Shown here piece after piece: positions 42,119 through 42,746 of a stretch of 42,746 nt of DNA. This DNA is from Candidatus Micrarchaeota archaeon (GTDB lineage: Archaea; B1Sed10-29), in assembly GCA_964388265.1 (NCBI GenBank), contig CAYLXZ010000001.1, forward strand, positions 24,068 to 66,813. The letters run 5' to 3'. A program made the position numbers and the translations under genes. Every line of letters starts with the position of its first letter. The stretch's first letter is position 1. The notes beneath the pieces are model-generated. The model worked only from the letters and a program-made list of their open reading frames with translations. It was not told the DNA's origin and did not search any database.

Positions 42119-42746
42119 ATGAATATTAGAGCACAAGGTGCACTGGAATACCTAATTATCTTGGCAGCAGTACTTTCTATAGCAGCTGTCGTAGTAACAT
42201 TCATGATGGGGTCTTTCGGGTCACAAAGAGAACAAGCTACAATAGCGAATTGTAAGCAGGCGGCTTCGAACTGCAAGACCAAGTTAGCTACCTCTGTGAA
42301 TCCGAACTGTTCTGAATGTGAAGAAGCATGTATAGATGTTGGGACTGGTGAACCGATAACACCGAAAGCGGTTGAGCTCTGTAAGGAAGGTAAAGCTGCT
42401 AAGATTGGTTCAGTGGTGAATGAGTCGGGTAATGAGACTAATTCGGCTCCTAGTGCTAGTTTTTCTTATTCTCCGAGTGATCCTGTAGTTGATGAGTCTG
42501 TTAGTTTTACTGATGGTTCTAGTGATTCTGATGGTAGTATAGCTAGTTGGAGTTGGAGTTTTGGTGATGGAAGTGATTCTAGTACTCAGAATCCATCTCA
42601 TTCTTACTCCAGTTCTGGTAGTTACGTTGTGGAGTTGAATGTGACTGATGATGATGGTGCTACGGATACTTATACTGAGACTGTGAATGTCGGAGAGGGT
42701 AATACTGCTCCTAATGAGCCCACTAATCCTTCTCCGAGTGATGGTG
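42119..42746 (+). CDS. Type IV pilin fused to a Cys-rich region and PKD domain(s), 3'-truncated by the window edge; not in the ORF track
   Basis: My own translation: MNIRAQG/ALEYLIILAAVLSIAAVVVTF..., a paralogue of 4391..4741. It continues with ...FSYSPSDPVVDESVSFTDGSSDSDGSIASWSWSFGDGSDSSTQNPSHSYSSSGSYVVELNVTDDDGATDT, a canonical PKD domain. Confidence 0.8.
   Translation, partial: MNIRAQGALEYLIILAAVLSIAAVVVTFMMGSFGSQREQATIANCKQAASNCKTKLATSVNPNCSECEEACIDVGTGEPITPKAVELCKEGKAAKIGSVVNESGNETNSAPSASFSYSPSDPVVDESVSFTDGSSDSDGSIASWSWSFGDGSDSSTQNPSHSYSSSGSYVVELNVTDDDGATDTYTETVNVGEGNTAPNEPTNPSPSDG

Overview
Archaeal chromosomal window. It is low-GC, has a K/E/I-rich proteome, and is tightly packed with many 1-26 nt gene overlaps. 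A small-genome DPANN-like archaeon is my inference, not shown. I count about 60 protein-coding genes and recognise no rRNA, tRNA or CRISPR array. (1) 1-600: 3' part of an IS200/IS605-type tnpB. (2) 630-9060: a complete type IV pilus (Tad/Epd-like) locus. It holds a secretion ATPase, two single-domain T2SS-F platform genes, a strongly expressed pilin, an A24 prepilin peptidase and at least 8 further translationally coupled pilin-like genes. A second pilin cluster lies at 33670-36093, including two ORFs under 60 aa that are missing from the ORF track. A pilin-PKD fusion runs off the right edge (42119->). (3) Housekeeping genes include JAMM/MPN protease, apgM, SAM methyltransferase, ABCE1 divergent from Pelota, RFC small and large subunits, MiaB-like methylthiotransferase, topoisomerase IA, RadB, Cdc48, M50 protease, Obg-family GTPase, Nob1-like PIN and a short NFACT-R protein. 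(4) Accessory genes are a DUF4258/DUF2283 pair, a solitary MNT, a wHTH-MNT/HEPN pair with an operator-like inverted repeat, an 895-aa GLUG-repeat surface protein, and a free-standing double-LAGLIDADG + XRE-HTH protein that is a compositional island. Most unusual at sequence level: an extreme strand-specific A+C versus G+T third-position bias flips sign in patches, sometimes inside intact genes. Two ORFs also seem to need AUU/AUC initiation (or UGA read-through) behind a recurrent GGTGAT Shine-Dalgarno. All coordinates of compositional patches are by-eye estimates.
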